A DNA stretch of 60,292 bases, the filler included, from Asterionella formosa (Eukaryota): assembly GCA_002256025.1 (NCBI GenBank). It is 7 parts of 7 records of this genome, joined end to end, with 100 filler letters (N's around TTAATTAATTAA, not from the genome) between each part and the next. Parts side by side here need not be neighbours in the genome. Positions count along the whole stretch, not along the records: positions 17,275 to 25,808 come from NKIB01012073.1; positions 25,909 to 34,435 come from NKIB01012074.1; 5 more parts are not named here. One strand, given 5' to 3'. Both the position numbers and the translations under genes were made by a program. The notes under the pieces are model-generated. The model did no database searches, was not told the origin of the DNA, and saw nothing but the letters and a program-made list of their open reading frames with translations. Shown here piece by piece: positions 22,468 to 34,535 of the stretch; position 1 is the stretch's first letter, and every line of letters starts with the position of its first letter.

Positions 22468-25400
22468 ATCATCGCTGATTTCACCATAGTCAACATGTCG
22501 TCAAACCCTCATTTCACCAATATTGCACAAATGAATTCATGTGACGATCAACCACATAGCATCGAGCAATGTCGAGATGCTAATGGTGAGGTATACCCAG
22601 AGAAATACCTCCAGTATCTTCAGTTTTTGTCTGATTTCGGAAAAACGCTACTAATGCTCACTCCAGAAACACAAGCTTGCACCATGATACAATAGAAATT
22701 CTTTTCTTCTTACTTTACCAGTTATGAGTCATACAGTATGGTTTTTGTGCTTCTGACACATAGTATACTATTCGAAAGCACAATGACGTCATACCCACAT
22801 TTAATTATACTAAATTGATTCTATTGGATGAATATAATTATTCTTATACACATACACATATAGAAAAGGCGATGCCAGCTCGATAGAGTAAACGTGACGA
22901 TATCCATTTTTCGCAATTTTGCATCGACAGCAACCTTTGGGCCATAAGAAGTATTTAAAACTTACACAATGCAACAATACAAGTACATAAATGTTTACTT
23001 GCTTCATAAATCTGGACAACTCCGCCTTCATGACAAAAATTAATGTATCTTGCAAACTAAGTTCAAACCGTGCGTTTACTCCGTTTAGCGGTGGCTTTCA
23101 ATTCAAAAGTTGTCATAGCGGTGGCGTACAGTTTTAAGTGGTAGCAGTTGAATATTCAAAGAACAGTTCATTAGCTATTGGTTGTTTCATCACTTTGTTC
23201 GGAAAAAGAGAAAGCAAGAGTTTGAGTTTGATGACATTAAAACGAAGTTAGCAAGACTTGCTTACTTTTGCATGATTTTACTCCATGCCAAAACACACAT
23301 ATAAATCAGGAGTATGCCAATATCTATATATACTCATGGTTTGTGTTTATACGGTTTTATTAAATCTACGTTGCTGCATGTAGTTTTAATATTATTACTC
23401 TACGCCCAAAGGCATATACATAAATCAGCACTGGAGTACTGGTATACCGTTAGTACATAATCTTGGTTCATGAAGATGGAAAACAGGATGAAACTAGTAC
23501 TGATTTTACCTACCGGTATACAGTACATCTAATATGTGTGGTTCAAGTGTGGCTGACTTGATTTTAGAAGATCGGGATACTCCAGCCAATCTGGAGAAGG
23601 TGAGTAAATTCAATTTAACCAATCATAATATGTGTAGTGACCTGGGAACTTACCCTGGAGTCTTTTCGGACAGAGAATTATGCAGCAAAACATACCTACG
23701 CAAGACTTTAAGTCTACGAGAACGTTTTTGCACCTACAATTTCCGATTCCAAATTTTGGTGACTGTTGAAAACGCCAATCAGATCGACTTTTTGGAGGAG
23801 GTTTGCTTGACATCTTCAGGGTTTCATGAAGATTAAAATAGACAGATATGCACCATATAATGTCAGGAGTTAACTTCAGCAGAGAAGTGGCAGTTATCTC
23901 AAGTAAAATTTTTTAAAGCTTCATGGCCCCCTTTTTGAATCGCTACAATTCCCAGAAGGAAAACTGCCACCTCTCTCCAGAAATGAGGTCCTTACAACCA
24001 TATCTGAATATAGATCATACCCCTAAGTCGAGCAATGACTGTATCCAAGTGTAGTATGCAAAGTGGTTGAATTGCTGAAAGATAATTTTACCTTTCACTA
24101 TACTTTATTTAGTTGTACATGGTGTCTGGATTGAGGTACATCATTAAAAAAATTTGGAAATGAAAGACCTCGCAATGTGTAACTCTGGGGCTGAAAGCTG
24201 CAACGCAATTTTGCTTATTGTGATGTCATTATTGCAATGCAGATGCTGTCACACCCACCTACAACCTAAGTAATCATACTATTGCTAATTATACTGAATA
24301 CTGGTAAACTCATGTAAGATGAAGTAAACAATGTATATCGCATACCGGTAAAGTGGGCAAATAAATCTTAAAGTACTTGGAGTTGCACTAGGGTCATAAG
24401 GGGCCCGAGGGAATGACGAGTGAGGGTGACCATTATTAAAGAAGCAAACTAGATATGATCTAGTTATGATTAACAGGATCATTCTGTAAGCAGTCTTCGA
24501 TCAAACAGCAACTGGCCTAAGTTGAGACAGGCCAAGATAAGACAAATGTGTATTTAGGAAGAGGATGTAGTTTATTCTCAGTTCAGGTTGGGAACACAAA
24601 TGAACCTTGCCTCTGAAGATCACCTCTATTTTGAAACATGCATGAGCTTGGAAGTTTCAAAATTATACATTCAAATTGACATTTACATTAAGCTCACTCT
24701 TTTGTAAAAGCAACTATTAGCAAACAATTGTGTAGAAACAACTTTCTAGCCATTTTTACTATGCGAGAGCTACAGATTGGTAGCATCTACCAACTGTATG
24801 TAGTACCCGAGAATATAGCACGCATTTGCTCTGGAATAATAATTTAGCTGAAATACTGCTATTCTTTTGTATATATAATACGCTATACCGATAGTGTAGT
24901 AGTGGTTGTGTACTTGCAAGCGGCTGGAGAATCCTTCATAATCATGTCATTGCAGCGTTGACCATGATTAAAATAGCGAATATCTCAACAAAAAATGAGA
25001 ACGACGCTTTCCTATTTGATACATATTTCAAACACGACATAGCAAGAAAAATCGTAAAAGGACAAATCCTAATAACACTAATATTGACAACGAAAATTGA
25101 AGTCGCCGCAGGCACATTTTTTCATGTAATTTAGAGATGCGCAATTTTGAAATGACAATACTACAAACATAAACAACAAATAAGACTATGAATACAGCAG
25201 TAACATGAATAACCGAAGCAAAAGATGTGAAATAAGGTTATTATATACTTCAGTGATTGCAAATTGGCAATTGTACCTATTCCTTTTGGAAGCCGACAAT
25301 ACAAATGTGAAGTATACACTTACGCTCCAGTATGATGTCATCGAAACTACCAGTAATGCCCTATGCATACCAGTGGTTGTAGGCAGCCCATTCATACGTT

Positions 25401-25908
25401 AGTGATATTATAGTGCAGTAATACTGTGGGCATTAATTTAAGAAAGCCAGTATGATATTGGTATACTGTATTCAATTGCCGAACAGTTAAGTATTTCAAT
25501 ATTGAAATGACAGTATACCAGTGTACTGATACTGGGCGCGCTCTGATAAAAAAAATTATTATATCGTGTGTGTATTATAACACAAATTATTCTGGTGATC
25601 TGCTACATAATATCGTCCTTGCATTCTGATAATAGAGATATTTTAGATTACTTCTCTGACATTATATATATTTTTAACTTGAATTTTCAACAGTTAAATT
25701 TTCATATCGATGCATCCTCTTGTATGCTATGCCGCCTCTTGTTCATTATATGCATGAGTTCTATATATTCATCATCGTCGGTCACTGACCATGTCGACTT
25801 TCATCTCANNNNNNNNNNNNNNNNNNNNNNNNNNNNNNNNNNNNNNNNNNNNTTAATTAATTAANNNNNNNNNNNNNNNNNNNNNNNNNNNNNNNNNNNN
25901 NNNNNNNN

Positions 25909-26915
25909 CGAAGTGCCAACGAACTATTATGGGAATTGATGGAGTCATGACTGATACAGCCTCCCTTCATGTCTTGCTTAATTCATTGATTGATCGTTCA
26001 AGGTATCCAACAGCTGGGATCCAGTTTCGATACACATTGGTTACTGAAGATGCAGTTGTAGCCGGAAACCAGATGATGGCACGTTGGGTCATGTCCACTC
26101 TGAATGCGACTCAATGTGGTGCTAGGATGGAAGTTGCCAAGCAAGGTATGCTTTGTGCAAAATTCAATTCGTCGCACAAGATTATTGGGCTAGAATTAAT
26201 GTTTGACGTCATGGCCTTTATGTTGCAGCTTAAGCAAGCATCTGGATCCGAGTTGTTTTCTGTTGTGCCAAACACTGTTCAAACTTGTCAACGGAGCTTT
26301 GACGTACCAATGGTAATGACGCTGGCCGAACGACCATATACAATTGTTCAGGTGAATAAGTTATGGGAGGAAATGACAGGTTACTTCGCAGAAGACGTAG
26401 TTGGCAAGGCTTCCTGTAGAATCCTTCAAGGTCAGGACACTGATCACCAAGCAGTCGAATCCTTAATGAATGAGATTCGGTACAAGCGACCCACCTCTGC
26501 TATGGTCTTGCATTACAATCGTCAAGGCAAGCGCTTTCGCAACTTCCTCAGCTTTTTCCCATTATCAACTGACTCAAAGATTACCCACTATGTAGCGCTT
26601 ACAGCTCATGTCGATAACATGAACTCCATTGCCTGTGCGGCGCCTCCTGCCATTCAGGGACAGCAACAGTCTCAAGTTGCTCAGCATGTCCTCCCAAAGC
26701 CATCAGTGGCCCCGCCCCCCACTGTGCTGCTTCCTGGAATTCCTGGGCATGCCCAAATTACATCACTTGGTGTTCCTCAACTAATTGCTACTTCTCAAGG
26801 CGGAGCACCACCAGTGATGACGTTTTACCATCCCCAACCTATCCCAAGTATGCCTGGGATGCTGCCATCTTCAATTCCAGCAGTGGTTATCTCAGCATCA
26901 GCTATTCAGCAGTGA
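25909..26915 (+). CDS. 3' part of a PAS (LOV-like) domain protein, probably diatom bZIP-PAS type; 5' part in the gap
   Basis: IVQVNKLWEEMTGY..EDVVGKASCRILQGQDTD...HYNRQGKRFRN, then a P/Q-rich tail. The frame is open from the gap. The bZIP domain is not visible here. Confidence 0.8.
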
Positions 26916-28136
26916 GGCATTCGTGAATTGGGGGGGTTCGACTTACACTGAACATATCACTTCATACTTTCAATTGGCCTAACAGGATTCTTACTTGCCT
27001 CATGCATTATGATTGTCCATATTGCTGGAGAAGTTCACATCTGTAAATTTATTAAATCAATTTATATCCATGCAATGCAAGTAGATTCCAACCAGGAACT
27101 ACTACTACTTGTGGTCTTAACAGCCAGTTACATCCTCTATGATTGTGTCCACTGGGATGAGGCAGATAAATATCTTACTTGATTCTCTATCAATTTGGTC
27201 TTTGTTCCTGATGATCATTTCCACTTCATTCAGTTTAAATCCAAAAGGTGATAACACATATTTTAGGCAAGTACTTAGAACAGTCTATTTTATGTTGTCA
27301 ATTTATTAGCTTACTAGGTTGCTTCAACATGCCACCACCTGCAAATAAGATATGCAAAGTTGCAAGTGTTGGATGTCCTCATCAATTTTGATGAGACCTA
27401 TTTGTTTGAGCAGTCTTTTAATTGCTTGCAGACATACCTACTAATGCAAAATTGACAGATGACTTGTAAGGTGACAACAAAGTGAACACCTCAGCTACCA
27501 CATGAAATGATGTATTTGCACAACAAAACCATGTTATCTGTCATGCCATTGTCTCATGGCACCTGTAAACATCACAGCAACCAACTTGGCCCTCACATGC
27601 CTTTGAAGTGTTATGATTGTTGATCACTCAAATAGAAAAGGGAAGAGAACAACATATGATGTTAAGTCTTGTTCGAAAAATATGCAAATGAGAAGGTGGT
27701 GGAAAGAATGAACAACTAAGCATTCTAGCAAAGTGCCATTCTTATCATTCTGTTATTTGTCGTCACTGGTGTATCATCGCCGAAATATGATACAAAAATG
27801 GCGGTTTGGTTTTTTTGCGTATCACCAACGGTTTTTTTGGTTTGATCACTGGTGTATCATGGGTGTATCTCTGATACAGTTTTTGGACCCCTGACCAATG
27901 CTGTATCAGTGATACAGCCGTTGATCACTGTGTATCGTGTCTGTTGGCACTGATAAAATAACTGTAAATACTCAAGCACAGCACTATTAAACATTGCGCC
28001 AACTATTCTTTGTTATATATTTAGTACTCTGTATACACTACCTTTCAGCTTCGTCAGTCAAACAAGAATCAGTAGTCCGCTCATCTCCATACCTGTCTTG
28101 CTTCCAACATCGACTATATCTGGGCTAATTGGCGCA

Positions 28137-29894
28137 ATGAGCAGCAAAGTAGTGGATACAGCTGAAACTTCTGATTCTGCCGATATTCCCATTTCGGAAA
28201 AGAATCAATGCCTTGTAGCTGATGAGGATGTCGACAATATTGTTGAGTCATCTACTGCTGGTCCAACCGACATTGACGAGATGGTTCCACCTGAAAAACA
28301 AATACCTCCAACTGCTGGTACACTTGACGTTGCCAAGATGGATCCATCTGAAAATAAAATACCTGCAACTTCTGGTACAATTCTTGACATTGACGAGATG
28401 GATCCATCTGAAAATAAAATACCTGCAACTGCTGGTACACTTCTTGACATTGACAAGATGGATCCATCTGAAAATAAAATACCTGCAACTGCTGGTACAC
28501 ATCTTGACATTGACAAGATGGGTCCCCCTGAAAAGAGGAAACTCTTTCCCGGTTGTCTAGCCAATATTGATGAGTTCGTCATCTCGCTCATAGTACCAGA
28601 TTTTGTTCTGAATGAAAGTGGGCTGGGATTGATTCATATAAAAGGAATTGGCATAAAACATATATCTGTCAAGGTACTTCGAAAAATTTGCGTGAGATTT
28701 AAAGTGTCAGGTTTACTCAAAAGAGACTGGCTGGTTGGTCAACTATACCCCCCTTCTACTATGATCACTTATAATGAAGTGATTGGCATCCAGAACAACA
28801 ACAGCAATAATGATGAATCTATTATTGAAGATAAAGAAAAGAGTCATAGCAATGTTGATATGGACTCTGATTGTTCACAGAAAGGGAAGCCATATGAAGC
28901 AGACAAAGACCCTGACTATGTTCTTAATTCGCAAATTAGCAGTGATGACGATGACAAATCATTGACTCTTCCTCCTCCTGTTGCAAAGAAGGCAATAAAA
29001 AAGAAAAAGGCTACAGTAGCAAAATCAACTCCTCCAAGCAGTGTCACTTGTGCTAACACAAATTTTCGTGTCCTCAATGTGTACATGTGTGAGCAACACA
29101 GAATTGATGTGTTGATGCTTGGTCAGCCTCCAACTATGGCTGAACTGGATACAAGGAAATTTAGGCACAAATGCATTTTCGATAGACTCACAACTACATT
29201 CCTTGATGATGACAATGATGACTTTTCACAAGATCCTTATTGGGAACAAATGGGGATAGACAGTTGTTACCCAAAGACGTATGATGCTCTGTCCTCTGTC
29301 GAATTTTCTATGGCAAGGGGGTACATTAACTATCATTACCAAATTGCATACAGGAACAACAAAAAGTCAGGAAGTCATGATGACTTTGTTAATTTTGTTG
29401 GAAGCCGACATTATTTATATTACTACCATTTATGGTTGTGCCAAGTTTGTCACCTTCTCAATTTTGCTGTTCCATTGCTTCCAAAATCATTATTCCGTGA
29501 AAGTGCTGATAGTGCTAAATCTTCTTCCTTGTCATCGAAGACTGTTGGCTCGAAGAAAGGAAAATGTTCATCTAGTTCATTCAATCATTCCCATAATTCT
29601 TCTTCCATGGTACAAATGGCAAATGCATTAGAGTGTTTTGATCGAGTAAATGCAGTGAAACTTCAAGTGCTTCAGTCTTCAGCAGCACCAAGACGTGACA
29701 AAGAGATCCTAGATGTTCTGGATCTGTAAAAAAGCCGTCTCAAGAATGCTCGGAAGGATTTGGAAGAGTTGGAAAATCATGGGTATGACTCCGAAAATTC
29801 TGATGTAGTTCAGGCTCGATTAGAAATTAAGATATGAAAGAGAAAGTGGGATCACTATTTTCATCTGCTTTCAGAAGGTGAAACATCAGATTAA
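28137..29894 (+). pseudogene. Harbinger accessory protein gene with 20-aa tandem repeats; premature stop at 29727-29729
   Basis: Long ORF inside the TIRs. In-frame sense continues after the stop (KSRLKNARKDLEEL...). Confidence 0.7.
28268..28535 (+). repeat. About 60-bp coding tandem repeat, ~4.5 copies
   Basis: Units encode DIDxMDPSENKIPATAGTxL. Confidence 0.95.
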
Positions 29895-29939
29895 ATCCAA
29901 CTAATGAATAAATTCTATTTTTGTCTACATTAAATTTAT

Positions 29940-31245
29940 TTCATGTAATTCTTTCCTTCTCCTCTCTAAATTCACAGGAGGTCGTTGCAAGCCTAAGGTT
30001 TGCAATCTGGTAAGAATCACATCTCACATCACAGAGCTTCCAGGCAATATACTCAATGGTTCCACAGTTGGTAAGTAGCCCCAACCAAGGGGTCACAAAC
30101 TGACTGGAATTATCTCTGTAAGTTTTTGATTATCATCCATAATCTCGTTATCAATTATCTTCTCATTAATCACATAGTTATGAAGTCGAGCATATGAATC
30201 AAGAATGCGTGCAGATGTTTCCAGCAAGCTTGTCAATAGGTTTTATCAGAACACACCATTTGATCTGAAGAAAACCAAATGCCATTTCTATTCTCATCCT
30301 CAGCTGTGAAAGGAAAAAGCTAGATGTATCCTGTGTTGAATCATCACGTGGTGATCCAACAAAGGGAACAAGCTTTACATCAGACAATGTGTATGCTGCA
30401 TCGCCGACCAGATAAAAACCTCTATTGAGTGCTGCAACTCGATCGAAAATGGAAGTTTGTTCAAAAGCTACTTGGTCCCTGCATTTTCCCGGTGCAATCA
30501 CACCAAAATAAATAAATCTTGAGTCAGCATCACAAACAACCTGAACATTGATTTCATAAGTCATGTAGTGACCAAAAAAATATGAACCAGGGTTGTTGCC
30601 ACTTTCAACTAAAGTCGGGCGGTTGATGGTGGCTAGGAAGCCATCAATAGCACCAAAACATCCTCTCATCATGCCCTCGGAGCTTTTGCATTCAAAGCTG
30701 TAAGCCAATTTGATACATTCTTCTTTTTCTTCTGGGAAAATAATCTTGAGTTCTTCACAGTTTAGTACAGCATCATGGAACAAATCATGACATCGATAAA
30801 GTGAAGCAATGCTACAACTGTAGGCATGACGAATGTCGATGTAACTGCCACCAGCCAACCATCGCAAACCAATGGCTACCACAATTTTGGGAATAATGGG
30901 CTCAGAAGTGCCACATTTGGAAAAATTCCCTGCAATCTGAATTTCCAGCATGGAGGTGAGTTTTTTGAATGCTCTGTGTGACATTCTGTATGTCTTCTCG
31001 AAAGCAATCTCGTGATTGAGTTTCTTGACATGTGATTGCCAGAAGATTCTTTCATGGTGCCACTTGTGCCTTTTTTGTCGTTGTCATTTGGATGAGTGAT
31101 GCTTCCGTTTACACTGTCACCTTTGTCGTTTTGACGAGTTTTCTTTTTCCTCTGCTTCCTTAGCTAAATGACAGAGACGAAGAAAAAATCAAGATCACTG
31201 CTGTCATCATCGTTATCATCAAGTAAATCAAATGGTGACGGCATG
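29940..31245 (-). pseudogene. PIF/Harbinger (HARBI1-like, DDE_Tnp_4) transposase
   Basis: LRWLAGGSY, GCFGAIDG, VQVVCDAD, LVGDAAY and RMRIEMAFG. Frameshifted at both ends of ORF 30199-30984. Confidence 0.93.
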
Positions 31246-31669
31246 ATTCATGCAATGGTGTGTTTTTAATATAATATATAGTTTACCAGTAATTATATTT
31301 TATGTTGCTGCTTGATATCAAGACCATCAATATATTTTGGAGGGATATACACCTGATCTTGCAAGCCTGTTGCTGTTGAAGATCCATGTTACTCCATGAT
31401 ACAATGTGATCACAGATTAGTGATACAGTGACACTTTTGGAATGAATGAAATTCAGTTCAAATCGAGTTACCATTGCTGATACATTTTCAAAAAATTTCA
31501 AATTCCGCGATACACAAAAAATGATAAGAACCGCCCTAAAGGCAAGTGTAGTAAGAACTTCTGTAGTACTTATATCAAATCACAAATAATCCTGGTATTC
31601 ACGCTACACCCACATCCGGGTACGGACGATCAGCAGATCAGCCAAGCCACACCAATCACAGGGGAAAAA

Positions 31670-32729
31670 ATGCGAAGAAGGCGAGTCGCTTTTCGGCAAC
31701 AGAGAAGCTCAGCCAAGCGCAACAAACTAAACAAACAGTACTCAAACCAGACAGAAAAAAAGGAAAAGAATGAGGAATTGATGAAGAAACTCGAATCAGT
31801 GGAACAAGAGACAAGTAGACAAGTGCATGAGGCACATGCAGCAGTGGAGGTTACAAACGATAAAGGCACAGTTGGAGACTTTATGAATACCATATCTGAC
31901 GCCCTGGAGAAAAAGGAAGATCCAAACCGGGTGATTTTGCCAGGAAGAAATCCTCTCAAGCCACCCTTCCATTCATCCCAACTATGAAAGCAGTCAGAGA
32001 GATTGAGGAAGAAACACCAGAGCGAGATCCAGGAACATGCTTAGCTTACACTCTCTCTTACTATGGAAGAAGCCTCTGATACTACAAAGAATGCTGAAAG
32101 TCCAGATGAGAATGAAAAGCAGAAACTGAAAAAATCATGGACCAATCACTACTTGACATAGACAAAGAAGCCAAGAAAGAAAACACATTTACAGAGGAGA
32201 TGGTGGGAGATGTCAACTTCTCAAAAGCTCAACCTCATTCAATTCAGCAACAGAAGACCAACAAGATTTAGACAAGCACCTATGAGGAAATATTAATAGG
32301 GCACCAAATGTTAGATTGGAGAGCAAAAGTTCAAGCAATCCTTCCGCCAAACCACGATTTTGCTTCTCAAATCAAAGGAGAGGATGTCAACTTCTCAAAA
32401 GCTCAACCTCATTCAATTCAGCAACAGAAGACCAACAAGATTTAGACAACTATGAAGAAATATTAATAGGGCACCAAATGTTAGATTGGAGGGCAAAAGT
32501 TCAAGCAATCCTTCCGCCAAACCACGATTTTGCTTCTCAAATTAAAGTCTTTGTACAGAAGCTTGACAAGGTCCTAAAACAAATGACAACTGTTGATGCC
32601 TTGATCCATATCCTACTACTACAAGAAAATTCAGATGACATACCACTAGTCAGTTATTCAAAATTGGCTCAGCCGCCCAAGCAGCACACATCAAAATCAT
32701 GTAATAACTTCAATTATTTAGCAATTTAA
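31670..32729 (+). pseudogene. Degenerate ORF homologous to 2275-3750 (probable LINE ORF1), with a ~175-bp internal duplication
   Basis: DWRAKVQAILPPNHDFASQIKVFVQKL. Segment ~32209-32374 is repeated at ~32384-32542. Confidence 0.45.
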
Positions 32730-33059
32730 ACCTACACAACTATGAATATTGCAGCTTGTGTGGCTCTTCCTGGCGTTGCCAGCCTAGGTTCTGAAGTGAG
32801 AACCAACCCATGATCAACTCAACAGACATGGTGATGAAAGGCGCTGGAACGTGGGGAAAAGGTGGATGCACTCCCTTGAATGGGAGTCAAATTTAAAGGT
32901 GCTTGTTGTTTCTGTGGCTGAGGTGCCTGAATACATGTATCAGTCTCTCCCTTGTCTATTGAACCGAAAAGAAAGTGGATAAGTTAGTTTGAGTTTTCAG
33001 AGTCCAAAATAGTCCTGATGCCCCAATGAACTCCCCTGTGATACCCTGTGGTACAGGGG

Positions 33060-33253
33060 TGTCAGAGTGTGTCTGTTAGGCTGTTGATGTTGACAGGTGT
33101 CTGAAGACTAGGTAGTCTGAGGAATGTCTAAACGGAAATAGACAGGATTTATATAGCAGAAGAATCTACAGACAAGCGGCATGAGAAAGATCTTGACCGG
33201 TCATTCCAGGGCAGTACTGGAGCGTGCTAGAGTAGGTGCCATATATTTTAACA
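33060..33253 (+). mobile_element. Possible LTR remnant
   Basis: Purine run ACAGGGG, then TG...TAACA, with an internal TATA-like TTTATATAG. No clean target-site duplication. Confidence 0.25.
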
Positions 33254-34003
33254 CAGGGGTACATGGACAATTTATGAATGAATTGCTGGCCTGCTAATTG
33301 TAATATTGGTTGAGTGCTTGATTCTCTGTATTCCTTGCCGTGAGCAGGGAATCGAATGCTGGATTGGTCATTGTTATTTCTGGTGCACTTGCTATCTTCA
33401 TTTCGTAGTTGCGTGATGTAGCTTTTGCTTTAGCCAGTTTGGCTGAACATATCTCCTGCTTTGAATACAGTGCCATCTCGACGCCGTCGCGATCATAGTT
33501 GCATTCGTTGATTTGCGGCGTTTTCTTAAGTCTTGCCAGCAATTGCTCTGCTTCCTTCAAGTGTCATAGTGCTGATATGGCATGTCGTTAATATTGTGGC
33601 GAGTTCGTTGCTTCCGGCATGGTTGTCCGCTTCAGTGCACGCTGCATGTCGCCATTTTTGTAGTCATTGCTAGTTAAACTTGATCCAAATTCAGAGTCTT
33701 TCTTTGATTTCTGTTTTTGCTCCTTAAGCTTCTTATAGCCGATTGCCATTGCCTTGGTTCTTGCAAGCCTTGCATCAAGCAACGACACCATGCTTGTCAT
33801 TTGCATGTTGTTTGTGAAGCTTTGCTGTGAAAATGTCGCTTCCTTTCGTCAACTTTACATAGGTGTGTCATTTCACAGATGATGTTGATCGCTTGGTTGT
33901 ATCTTCATAACCCGATATGATTGTTAGTTCTTTCATCATGGTGATGAGACCTTTTTGTTCCTGATTCCTAAAGGAAATCCGGAAACCGACGTAGATTTGA
34001 TAC

Positions 34004-34200
34004 TACGAATGTACCCGAAAGATAATCAACTCTCAGCGCAACCTTTTATGGCCATACATGTTGTTGTTGTTTTGTACTGCACTGGTAGCTAGCTTACTTA
34101 TAGCAGCTTCGACAAAGCTCGCGATATGTACGTGCATCGACTGGGTAGCTGGTAGTGGTACCTTGTACATATAGAGTCGTAGCTATATGTAATGCAATGG
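34004..34200. repeat. Dispersed repeat, copy 2 (see 8244-8538)
   Basis: Direct-orientation match to the copy starting at 8244. Confidence 0.85.
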
Positions 34201-34535
34201 TACAGTACCATAGTTAATTAAGTAGCACTTACATACGAGAATACTCGGGATAAATGATATAGGCTTTGATATCTAGCCGTGGTTATGTTGTGCACTGGTA
34301 GTTAACTACCGTAAAACCTGGTGTCTCGTACCCCTCAATGTACACAGCCACGACTGATTTTACTTAGAGGGGAGTACAAGACATCGGACCTTTTTTGATA
34401 ATCCAACACTGCGAGCAAACCAACTTCACCACCGTNNNNNNNNNNNNNNNNNNNNNNNNNNNNNNNNNNNNNNNNNNNNTTAATTAATTAANNNNNNNNN
34501 NNNNNNNNNNNNNNNNNNNNNNNNNNNNNNNNNNN

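Larger units (their letters stand above)
27733..31536. mobile_element. Near-complete PIF/Harbinger DNA transposon (~3.8 kb), decayed
   Basis: Imperfect TIRs GTGCCATTCTTATCATT (27733) and AATGATAAGAACCGCCC (31520-31536) followed by TAA. Subterminal TGTATC/GATACA motifs and two convergent ORFs. Confidence 0.85.

Noticed and set aside
22194..22496. PolyT, polyN and polyC ORFs
   Set aside because: Translations of a microsatellite.
23880..23977. 15-bp imperfect inverted repeat AGAGAAGTGGCAGTT / AACTGCCACCTCTCT
   Set aside because: Short, no TSD, likely MITE debris; cannot be classified.
28268..28535. Regularly spaced repeats resembling a CRISPR array (also 3662-3750 and 54292-54667)
   Set aside because: Head-to-tail tandem units without unique spacers, no cas genes, and a eukaryotic context.
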